A stretch of 64,000 bases of DNA from Tricharina praecox. Lineage: Eukaryota. The stretch's first letter is position 1. Each line of letters starts with the position of its first letter. The stretch is taken from NCBI RefSeq assembly GCF_024521635.1, contig NW_026250411.1, forward strand, positions 186,001 through 250,000, read 5' to 3'. The notes beneath the pieces are model-generated. The model had not been told where the DNA came from. It made no database searches and saw only the letters and a program-made list of their open reading frames with translations. Made by a program: the position numbers and the translations under genes. Below are positions 14,701 to 25,850 of the stretch, piece by piece.

Positions 14701-15669
14701 TTTACCATTTGGTGGGGATGTACCAGGTAACTATGGACATAGTGCGGATCATCTGGAGTTAAAATTTGAAGGGTTGGGGAAGTGGCTGGGAGAGTACTGG
14801 CATGCACTTGGTATGTACCGCTCTCGTGGCTCGAGCAATTCCTCGTTGGTTGCGTGCTCCCTTATCACGGGGGTGGGTGTTGTAGGTGTTGTAGGTATGT
14901 AGCTTACATAGCAACGTTTGCTGGGTGCTCATTCTTCCACCATAGGTACCAGTATCATAGAAGCGGTTTGCCGTCTGGACCGGAGCAAGTACCTGTGTAT
15001 TAGACATCACCATTCCCCACATGGCGGCATCCCATCCATCCCATCCATCTATCCATCCCTCATACCTAGCAGGTCAGTGGTCACCCCTTTCAATCTGAGA
15101 CGCATTCGTTTGTACCTCTGTAATGCATTTCCTCGAAGTCACTGTTCATATGTACGGTGTGTCGAAAACAGGATAGTTACCAGTAGGGCGCCATGTCTCC
15201 GGAACGTTTCCACGCGAGCGAGCGATGGCCCTGACTCCTCCTCCTGTCGCTGGAAGGAATGCTGGGTCTGGCCATGCCATGGATGATGAATCTCCTCCCT
15301 CTCCCTCTCTCTCTCGCCCGGAGATCCCGACTCCTCGACTAGCTATCGGAACCAGGAACCAGCCGAGGCTCGCAAGCTACCTTTAACTAACCTTGATAGG
15401 AAAAAAGGAGCAGGAAAAAGGCAAAAGGAAAGGCAAAAGGAAAAGGAAAAGGAAAAGGAAAAAGGAAGGCATTGCATACGGCGCTCCACTGCCGAGTCCG
15501 ACGTGCACTTCCTTCACTTCACTTCTATGTAAGTTGTCCGTCTGGGAAATCCGAAGCATTTCGCCACCGATTAACCAGGCAGGCTAGGAAGGAAAGAAGA
15601 AGGGAAGGAGGCAAGGAAGGAGATCAGGCCCTCCTTCCGTTGGTTCTTCCCTTCCCTTCCGTTGGTTCT

Positions 15670-15735
15670 TCCCTTCCCTTCTCTTCCCTTCCCTTCCCTT
15701 CCCTTCCCTTCCCTTCCCTTCCCTTCCCTTCCCTT
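15670..15735. repeat. (CCCTT)n microsatellite
   Basis: Read directly from the sequence. Confidence 0.9.
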
Positions 15736-18700
15736 CTGCTCTGCTCCTCCTCCTCGCCTCCGCGGCGTGAGCACTCAGCAGCAGCAGCCGTAGACGGGCC
15801 TAGCATCCACTATCGGTAAGTGCTCGCGGTCGAGAGAAAAAGACCAGACCAGACGAGGCGGTGTCTCACATGCTATGCTATGCCAATATGTATGCTACCG
15901 TATGCCACGCTGCGTGGCGTGGCGTTCGAGTGATGGGAACCGACGATTGTCGCGGCTTGTGTCGCTGTCTCAAGCCCGCCAACCGCATATGATATGCGCC
16001 CAGAGGAGCATGCGGTTAGTTCGAGCACATAACTAGAGGCGACGCGAAAAAAGTGTCGGTTGCCGGCAACTGAACTGAACTGCACTGGTGAATGGATTGC
16101 TCGGCGGTGTGGTCCGCCGCCGGGCTGCTGACAGAGTCGGAACCGAGACGGTGGGTTGTCAGCACCACCAGCAGCAGCAGCACGAGGACCGAGAACCGAG
16201 CGAGCGTACTTTTTGGGCGCTGGTGTGCTTAGGGGAATGGAATGGAACTGGAACGCTTCGGAGCGCTGTCCGCTTCCATGGCCCGGTCCCTGCATCTTCT
16301 CTCCACAACTGCATATGGTACATACATGCCTGTGTACTACCGGTAGGTGCTCTACCTACCCTACATAGGTGAAAGTGCCTATGCCGCTCAAGTACTCTTA
16401 AGTACTATATCCTGCACGCCACGGTTCCCCACAAGTTTCCGGCACTTGGCACTTCAGTCAGCACAAGTGCCTGGAGTCCAAGACGTTGCTGTTGCCGTTG
16501 TTGTTGCTTTTGTTGTTGAAGGCCCGACAGTTGGAACTTCGACGCCACTGCCCCCCCTTCCCCCCGGGATGCCCGGGATGAGAATGAGGCCTCGGCAATT
16601 CGTGCGGATGTGTCCCGGAGGACCGGCGGCGTTTTCGTCTTTTCTCTCGGCGGCATCAAGGAACGGGTTTCGGCCTCCATCAGAGCAGATACATATGCCC
16701 CACATATGTACATACTACGGAGCCTTCAGGTTTCAACTTTCAACCTCCAGGCTGAACCCCACACTCACACGAGCCCCCCACACTCGCTCAGATAACCCCC
16801 ACCCCCGCATACAATCTAGGGGTATGTAGATAGGTACTCTACCTGCATCGAGGGCGGTTTAACGAACTGATATGCTCGCCATGCTCCCTGTGCATGGAAA
16901 CTGGGCAACTGAGCACTGAGCATCTCGCTCGCTCGGCAAGTATGTACCTATAGTACCGCATAACCACCACCTCGAAATAAATGTCTTCCGCGATACACGC
17001 CGTGGTACGTCAGTCCAGAATTTGCCCCTCCGCCTCCTCCTCCACCCTACGCGTCCCCTCTGTGCCGGGGAGCTGGGAAGATGCAACATCGTTCCGGGGC
17101 CTCAACTATTCGTATGTGTGCATACCGTACGCTGGACCGACGTCCCGATCAGATACATACATGTTACCCGTCCACTCCAGTCTCCAGTGCGATACCGGTA
17201 TGTACCGGTAGTTCCACACCTCGAAGCGTCGTTCGATGTGCTTTACCTATCATAGTTGATGAGTAGTCGAGAATCTGTCTCACCCTCTACCCACTCCAGG
17301 CCTCATCCCGACAAGATGTCCGCACATGCATAGTTAGATGCATGGCTTCCCAACGGTCCTGACGGCCAAGCTTCTTCCTGTTCCTGTTCCTGTCCGCTTG
17401 GCCGCCACCACCCCCGCCACCGACGCCGGCGGTCTCCGGCAGTCTCCATCGGTGGTGGACTCCTTCGGCTCGTTCTACCTCATGTGACCGTTGACGGCCG
17501 CGAATTCCGTAGGTACTAGGTAGCGTCTTTGCGGAGGAAAGATTGCGGAGGAGAGAAGCCTGGCATGATCTGGATTCTGGAAGATCTGGAAGGAGCAGGA
17601 AGGAATGCCGGTGGTGGTAGTGGTGGTGGTGGTGGCGGCGGACTTTTGACGGCGTTTTTGTGTTCCCAAGGAACCAACCAAGCAAGTGGTACCGGTGCCT
17701 ACCTACCCACTGTACAACCACTCCATCTCGATTCTCGATTCTCCAGACCACCTAGCAGGGTGAATCAAAACCCGTTCCGGATAAATGGCAATGGCGGTGG
17801 CTGCCGCAGCCGGCCAAGTGAACGTGGACGTGGACGGGACGTGGACGGGGACGGGGACGTCGATTTCGCCACTCAGGTAACCATCCGCAAGTAGTGATTA
17901 CCGCTGTGATGAGTGACGTTTGTGCAAATACTAGTACGTAGTAGGCAGTATGTAGTACATATCGGATCCGAGAGGACCGGAGGATCACGTACCCCGTGTG
18001 GCTCCCCATTGCGTCCTGCCCGTCCTGCCCGTCCTGCCCGTCCACTCCACTCCACTCCACCACATGTGTACCTAAGTACTACCTATTCCATGTAGTATCT
18101 ACAGTCTACTTGCTGACTTATGTATCTACTCTATACATATCATACCTGTAGGGGAGCATGCTTATGCCTCGATTGTGAGATCGCAATCGACCCAGCACTG
18201 GAAATCGTCACGCACGCACGCCCACACATCACACATCACACATCACACATCACACAGCATGCATGCCGGTTGCCTCCATGAGGACGCCCGAGAAGCAGAA
18301 GCAGCAAGAGGCACAAGAGGCACACGAGGCCCAAGAACGGCTTTGCATACTCTGCTAGTTGGTTAGGTAGTACTTGGGTATATGTTGGGTATAGGAAGTA
18401 GAAAGTATGGAGAGTACATGCCATACCGGTATATGTCTCGCAGTTGGGTGGGTACTCTGGCTGGCTGGCTGCCGTCTCCTGGCTGCTGCCCGTTGCCCGC
18501 TCGACGCTGCTGCATTCGCTGCTCGCTGCTTGCCTGCATTCGCTCGCCGATCGCGAACCACCCTACGCCACCGTCTGCAGCGGCGGCGAGAACAAAGAAG
18601 AAGACGAAGAAGAAGAGAAGAAGAAGAAGCGTAACAGAAGAACGTAGAACGTCGTCTTCTTCCTTTGCTCTTCATTCTTCCGCTCCTGCTCTCCTGCTCT

Positions 18701-19742
18701 CCTGCCACCCCCCTCCTTCTCTTCCTTGTTCCTTGTCTCGTCCTTGTCCTTGTCCCTGTCCTTTGTCCCTCGTCTCTCGCCTCCGTCCCTCGCCTCCGTC
18801 CTTCTTCTGCGGCTTCTTCTTCCTTTCTCTCTTCCGGCCATTCTCCTTCTACGATGCTTCTCCCGTGAATCCGCGTACCTAGACATCCCTTCCCTTCCCC
18901 ATCCCATCCCATCCCCGTCCCATCTCCATCCCATCCCCATCCCATCCCCATTCACCGACCGAACCCTTAGCACCATCCAATCCACCATCGCACGTGCCGT
19001 GGTGTGGCCAGTCGAGCCAAGCCTCAAGCCTCAAGCCTCGAGACACCGTTTGTTGGTCCAAAGCCCGAAGCCCGAAGCCACCTCCCCACCCCCGACATCT
19101 CAGGCATCTCGTCGTCATATAGTTGGATGTGCTGCGTCGCCTGGTTCCGCTAACCAAGCACCAACCCACCTCCCACCTACCTCTACCAACCTACATACCT
19201 TACCCCTCGCTCGCCATCCGAAACTTTCCCTAGCGGCCGTGAGCGCAGCAGCCAAAAGCACGCGTCGTTCGTCGTCGGATAGAAAGAAAGAAAGTAAACC
19301 CACAAGCCCGGAGACATCAGAGCAGTTGTGTGAGGGAGAGAGCTCCACCCAAGGCCTTCACGCCATACCCCAACTTCGCGCTAGACATATCTAGAGAGTG
19401 TCTGTCCCCACCGCACCGCACTGCACCGCTCGTCCTTCGTCCTTCGGCCTTCGGCGAGAGACTCCTGCACGACTATTCGTCGGATTTACGCTCGACGCAA
19501 TACATACCGTACACCCCCGACGAAGAGTATAGCCACATAAACCTTCCTCGTTCCATTCACCCTTCCATACTACTATACCCCCCCCTCACCCCACCCGGTC
19601 AACCACCACCACCAACACCAATACCCCCAACACCACCACCACTACTCGCGCATCCAACCCGCACACACACACGAATACGCAAGCTACAACACCGTCCTTT
19701 CTTTCTGGAGCTACACGGCAGGGTAGAGCTCTACCGTCTGGG

Positions 19743-21740
19743 ATGGAAGGCTGGCTTCAGGTGCCGCCGGGCGAACGAAACATTAATTTGATCGGGCGCG
19801 CCGGGTGGAAGGTATGCGTCTGTCCGGAAATGCGGGGAGCCGCGGTAGCCGTGATTTACAAATGATAGAATCGACGTCGCTGACAATTTCGCGAACAAAC
19901 TACAGCAACGCTATGTCCGCTTCAGCAACGGGATGAGTGCCTCGAAGGCGTCGACTTCCGCGGCATCGCCTGGCCGTCCCACCACTGCTGGCAGTACGAC
20001 AACCGTCGACACCGTTCGTGCGACGAAGAGCGGATTGGAGCGGAGCAATTCGACGCATCAGGTTTCGGCGCTGGCTGCGGATGTTGCGAAGGATAATTGG
20101 AGCCTGGCTGTTTACAAAACAAAGGTGGGATCTCGTAGTGGCGGTGGGGTCTGTGGCGGTGGTGGCGGTCGTGGTCGTGGTTGTTGTGCGCGGAGAGCAA
20201 AAAGTCCTGACTGTTCTGTTTCTGCAGACCGATTCCGAGCCGATCGCGAGATACCCGTAAGTGGCGACATTGCACGAAGAAGCAGACAGGGAAGTTGGCC
20301 AATGTGGTTGACATTGCGTGGGGGACGATTAGGATACAACGGATTGCCTCGTGCTATATTGGCGACGTCGCGGCGAATAAGAAGAAGTCGCTCATCATGC
20401 CGACACTCGTCGTCAATCTCCGAAGCGCCGAAAACCCGCAAAACCACTTTCCCTCGGCGTCCTCGTCGTCCTCGTCGTCGCGCGCGTTTCGTCGGAGAAG
20501 CCACGACATGCCGCCGAAAGATCCGACGCGGAAGGAGGGGTCGGGGACTACGATATTATTTAGGCCCGGCGCGGAAGAACCGTATTGTCTGGAGAGGTGG
20601 GCACGAGAGATACAGTCTCGATTGATACTCGGGCCACCACCGGTACGCACAAACACCGTAGACAGCATATTGCGTGAAGGGTTCCAAGAAAATGAATATG
20701 ACACTCCAACGCCGTCGCCGTCGTCATTATTTTTGATTAACGGCGAGCCCAACACGGCGCTGTTGAGCCCGTCCATCCGCTCGAAGACTAGTAATCTCTC
20801 GAGTTTGGATTCGGACGATAGATCCAGTATGATCAGTTTGGCGTCGGATACTATAGGCTCACCCAGTTCGATTGACGACCGTCGGCCGCAAACCGCGACG
20901 AGTGAGTCGGTGCGCCCGCCTTTGGGCTCGCGACACTCGTCGTCTCGGAAAGGTTCCGCTGCCACCGACATCACTACCCCTATCAAAGAGTACCGACCAG
21001 GAGAAGCGGAGGGGCCGGCTCCTGGCCGTCGGGAAACAATTCTCGACCGCTTCTTCTCCAGCGGCCATGCAAGCCCGTCCCCGAAACTCGACGGAGACGT
21101 ACCGATCTCGTCGATAGCGCGGTTCGAGGCGTTGATGAACGAGCTCGAGGCAGGGCGTGGTGGCGAGCCGATAGTGCACCCGTCCGCACCGCGAACCATG
21201 AGTTCCGACCGACCTCGACGAATACCCTCCCCCACGCAGCGTGCTCTCGAATACGTCTCCACCGGCCAGATACGTAACCGGCGGCGAGGAGAGGATGACA
21301 GAGAATCGGTGTCCGAAGACCGCATATCACGTGCTTACATCACCTCCCCTGCCGCCTGCGCCTTCCAGATCTCCTCTGACCGCAGCGATAGCGACAACGA
21401 CACACTCCACACCACGATTTCCTCCACCAGCACGGCCAGCATCCACAACACCAACAACAAAAACGAGCCATCATCAGCCGCCTCGACCCTCGTCCCCCCA
21501 AGCCAGGGAAAACGCCACTCCCTCGCAGACTTCTCGCTGAAGCGTCTCTCGACTCCGCCGATCTTTGGCAAAACGTCCAGCGGAGGAGGAGGCATCAGAC
21601 GCGGGAGCTACGGCGATCTGACGAAACTGGCCGAAGGCGGCGAGGGCGAGGACGGCTTCGAGAGCGGCCCGGAATTTGGCACCAAGGGTGCTACTCACCT
21701 CGGCGTCGGAAGGTCGCTGTTTCGAGAGTTTTCGTTCTGA
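19743..21740 (+). CDS. Uncharacterised protein of about 574 aa with an N-terminal PH-like domain and a long Ser/Arg-rich disordered C-terminus; exons 19743-19811, 19906-20124, 20228-20256, 20333-21740
   Basis: Three GT-AG introns (GTATGC..GCTGAC..CAG; GTGGGA..CTGAC..CAG; GTAAGT..TTGAC..TAG) join in frame. MEGWLQVP...GWKQRYVRF resembles PH beta1-beta2 and LERWAREIQ resembles the PH terminal helix; the PH call is inference. Confidence 0.8.
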
Positions 21741-22469
21741 TCTGACCTGAGAGCTGCTTCTGCTTCTACTCGGCTCGGCTGCGGCTGCGGCAGTAGCATG
21801 CATGCCACCGGTTGGATGTGCTGTGCTGTGCTTACATTACTTGCGTGCCTGAGCGCGGAGCGGGGAGCGGGATAATTGCCTATGTACCCGGGCTTTCTTT
21901 GGGGGATGGATGGAGTTACGGTTTATTTGCTTATATCCGGATGCGGAGGCTTCAGTATCCAAGTACTTGGGGGTTGGTTCTGTTCTGTGCTTGATTTGGG
22001 CCCTCTCCCTCCCCCTTCCCGCCCGCCGGTTTCCGTTTCTATTTCATGGCGAGGAAGGGAGCGGTTGATCCGTGCCCTTTCGCATCGTCTTTTACTAAGG
22101 TTACTTTGCTTGCTTGCTTCTCTTGCTTGCTTTTCTTACTTTTACTTTTACTTTTACTTTTTACTTTTACTTGATGCTGCCTACAGGTTAATGATTGTCG
22201 TGGCGTCGGTGCCGGCGGTGGTGGATGTGGGCGTGGGTGTGGGTTGGATGGGGGTGGGTTGGAAGGAGGGAGGAGGAGGATGGAGAGAGGGGGTTTATGT
22301 ATAAAAAACGCGCGATGAGATACGAAGATGATGCTTGGTTTGGTTTTGTCAGGTTTTCTTGTACTTACTTATTTACTTTGAACGCTGAATACTCAGACTT
22401 ATTTCCTTGTCCTTGTCTTTGCGCGGGTTGAGTGTGTATATACTTTCGATATGGATACCTGTGGCCCTA

Positions 22470-23768
22470 GGGTACAAGACAAGCAATGCGTTGCACAGGT
22501 TTAGTGACAGATACGCACCGTGAAAATTGCGTTATTGCCGGAAAATGCGTGAATTCTGCCAAGCTTTACTCTCAAGTGTGCTCTAAACTTTAAAGGTAGA
22601 CGGGGAGTAGCTTTGAGAAGGAAAGTTGTTGTATTGGTCTTTGTTACGTACAAGTGTCATCCGGGAAGCATTGGAAGAGTCAATCAACCCACACAGTTAG
22701 GGTATGAAATGACTCTGGCCAATGAAGGAATGACTCTAGTCAATAATCAGGAATGATTCCAGTCACCGAGTGGGAATGACTGAGTAAACCCGCGAGACTC
22801 GAATAAAAACCCGACCTCGACAGTCTGTTGAAGTTCATGTCGACAGTGCGATGATGCTGGCCTTCGCGATGCGCATCACGGTGATGTTGGAGTATTCCTG
22901 TCTAGGTATACTGCCGCCGTGCTCTGCGCTCTCTCTCATCACCATCACCATCACCATCACCACATACACCACCGGTGAGGCTCTTTTGGTGAAGCACCGG
23001 CGGCGGTAGGCCACCGTGGCTAAGTTTGTGGCCTCGTCACCAAGAAGTTAAACTCGTTATCACAACGTGTCCCTTTGTACAATACACACTCTCTTTTAGT
23101 TGATGCCCACTACTACCATATTCGTCTCTTCTCTCACTGAAAGCCCGTCTCACAGACAGCTCCTCCCACGACAGCTCCTTGCAAGAGAGCTCCTCCATCA
23201 CTTCACCACAACGCCAGCGGGCCATTCGCGGCGAAGATAGTGTGCTATCCGCGGCGAGAGGAGTGAGAAGACCAAGGCTGACAGCCGGCGCTGGACAGCA
23301 AAGACAGCAAGGACAAGGTGGAATTCGCGGCGAGGACACTGTGAGAAGACCAACTTGGCTGACTGCGAGCACAGGACACCAAGAACAGCGGCAAGCACAG
23401 CCACGGGAATGTGGTGTCCGCGGCGGGGAGGGTCTGCTATCAGCGGCGGGGAGGATGTGCTATTCGCGGCGGTGGGAGTGCGGTATGCAGCGAGGCGGTG
23501 GGGAGAGTGTAATATGCAGCGAGGCAACTGTAGGAAGGCATAGGAGGACAAGGCGCATAGTACCACGGATCCATGTATATAACGCATTTGATAGCATTGC
23601 AAATTACCTAAAAGAACGCATTTGGTAACACTGCAAAGTACCTACAAAAACGTGTTTTACAACCCAACGGATTACAAAACGCATTGCAAACGCACTGCAG
23701 AACGCATCGAAAAACACATTAAAAAACGCATTCGTCTCCAATGCGTATTTGACGCATTGCTTGTACCC
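22470..23768. mobile_element. Non-autonomous DNA transposon / large MITE (~1.3 kb)
   Basis: TIR GGGTACAAG[ACAAG]CAATGCGT (from 22470) versus ACGCATTGCTTGTACCC (23752-23768). Both ends sit in CCCTAGGG, so the TSD is TA or CTAG. AACGCATT/AATGCG subterminal repeats occur at both ends. No transposase ORF. Confidence 0.8.
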
Positions 23769-24030
23769 TAGGGTGGATTGGATATAGACTGGTGGTCACT
23801 GGTGGTTCGCAGTCGGCTATATATCATAGGAGGTTAAAACCAACTGTACGGTACGGCAATCGTCTTGAAGCTGAGTGCATGAATCATCCGCGGTATCTGT
23901 CCAATGATTCGGTATCATACCGCCAGCACCGACCGGGTACGAGTGATGGTGGGGTAAGTAGTGTACCTACTCATTGCATGTGTGTACCCCCGAGAACAAG
24001 CTACACGAAGGACTCGATTCCCAGCCGGAA

Positions 24031-25120
24031 ACATAGGAATTCCAAGCGTTCGTTCATACGGTTCCCGCATGTCATGAAGTATGGCTTATTTCCGTAAGGT
24101 ATGGCTCTAGCTCTATGTACCTCCGAAAAGTTGTGGACCGTGAATTGGTGCTTCGAGACCTCACTCTACTTGAGTTTGAGCCTTGCTGTCGAAACCCGCC
24201 TATCATGTGATATCACCCTCTGTGAGTCGAAGTCGTGGACCGTGAATGGGTGCTGCTAGACTCCTCCTCCCCCTCCCCCCCCCCCCCCCCCCCCGGGAGC
24301 CCCCGGTTTGGGCCCCGTTTGAGCCTTGGTGTCGAAGCCCACAATCATATGATATCACGTACATAGGAATTCCAAGCGTTCATATGATTCCTGCATGGGC
24401 ATAGAGCGCGGCTTCAAGACCCCCGTGAGGTAGGCACAGTAGGCACGCTCTAGCTCTACTATACTCTCCGCAAAGTCGAAATCGAAGTCGAAACCGAAGT
24501 CGTGGACCGTGAATGGGTGCTCCGAGACCTCACTCTATTTGGGTTTGAGCTTAGAATCGAAGCCCGCCCATCATGTATTGTCACCCTCCTCGGCGGGTTG
24601 GCGGGTGGATGGACGGATGGGTGGATGGGTTTCGCAGGAGTCGGTCTGCGTGTGCTACCTGGCCCTCCCTTTCCCTTTCCCCCTTCACCTCCCTACGACC
24701 ACACGTGCATGGAGCGGTGAGGCGGTATCGCTTCAGTAACCAGAACGAAGACATTTTCTCTGTATGATATGTACATAGGAATTGTATGATACATAGGAAT
24801 TACAAGCGTTCATACGATTCCCGCATGGGCATGGAATGCGGCTCGCCCCCGTGAGTTGGATGGGTGCTCCAAGACTCCCCCTACCCTGAGTTGAGTCGTG
24901 GTGTTGAAGCCAGCGCGTCATGTAATATCACCCTCCTCTGCAGGTTGGCGGGCGAATGGGTTTTATAAGAACCAGTGCAGTATAGGTGTGCTACTTGGCC
25001 TTCCCCTTGCTATTCGCCTTCTCCTCCCTTCCTCTTCACCCTTCCCCTTCCCCTTCCCTTCACCGTCCCCTTCCTCTTCACACGTGCGTAGTGTCGAGCC
25101 AGCACCGCTTCAATCCCCTT
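24031..25120. repeat. Degenerate tandem array of about three 330-430 bp units
   Basis: ACATAGGAATT(C/A)CAAGCGTTC at 24031, 24361 and 24791; GTGGACCGTGAAT(T/G)GGTGCT at 24133, 24235 and 24502; repeated ...CAT(G/A)T..T.TCAC blocks. Confidence 0.85.
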
Positions 25121-25265
25121 ACCAGGTCCAATACTCAGTTCTATCTGTTCTATTCTATTCTATTATCACTCACAATTCACGATTCACGGAACATTATTGC
25201 TCGAGTTGGAGTACCCAGTGTATGTACCTAGTATAGTGTAGAGTATCACCACTTGAGTATCTGCA

Positions 25266-25329
25266 TCCACAATCCACAATCCACAATCCACAATCCACAA
25301 TCCACAATCCACAATCCACAATCCACAAT
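25266..25329. repeat. (TCCACAA)~9 heptamer tandem repeat
   Basis: Read directly from the sequence. Confidence 0.95.
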
Positions 25330-25778
25330 TCAAGAAACGCCTCTCGCTCCCATCACATCCATCCGATCCAACCCATCCATCCCTTCCCCCCCGCCCTTTC
25401 TCCCCCCTCTCCCCCTTGGGCCTTCCCATGTTGCAACCCCTCAGTAATAAAAACAAAAAACAAAACGCCTAGTCCACTTTATAAGTAGTATCAATGAGAA
25501 GAAAGAAGAAGCAAATAAACCAAGTGTCCAGACATCCAGACAAGAAAGGCCCGCAAATGAAGCAGGAACCAACCACCGGACAGAGAAACAGAGAGCAGAC
25601 CAGCCCCCCCAGCCAAAACCAAAAGCCAAAAGCCAAAACCAAAAGCCAAAGCCAAAGCCAAAACCAGAAAACGCCGTCCCATAGAGAGAAAAAAGAAAAA
25701 AATATATACACCACAAAAAACCCCCGCCGGAAAGAGAAACCAAAGAAGAAGAAGAAAACCGCAAGATAAAACAAAACA

Positions 25779-25825
25779 GCCATCCCCATCCCCATCCCCA
25801 TCCCCATCCCCATCCCCATCCCCAT
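25779..25825. repeat. (CCCCAT)n hexamer repeat in the PLC1 3' UTR
   Basis: Read directly from the sequence. Confidence 0.95.
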
Positions 25826-25850
25826 GTTACTTATGTACAGTCCAATCTAG

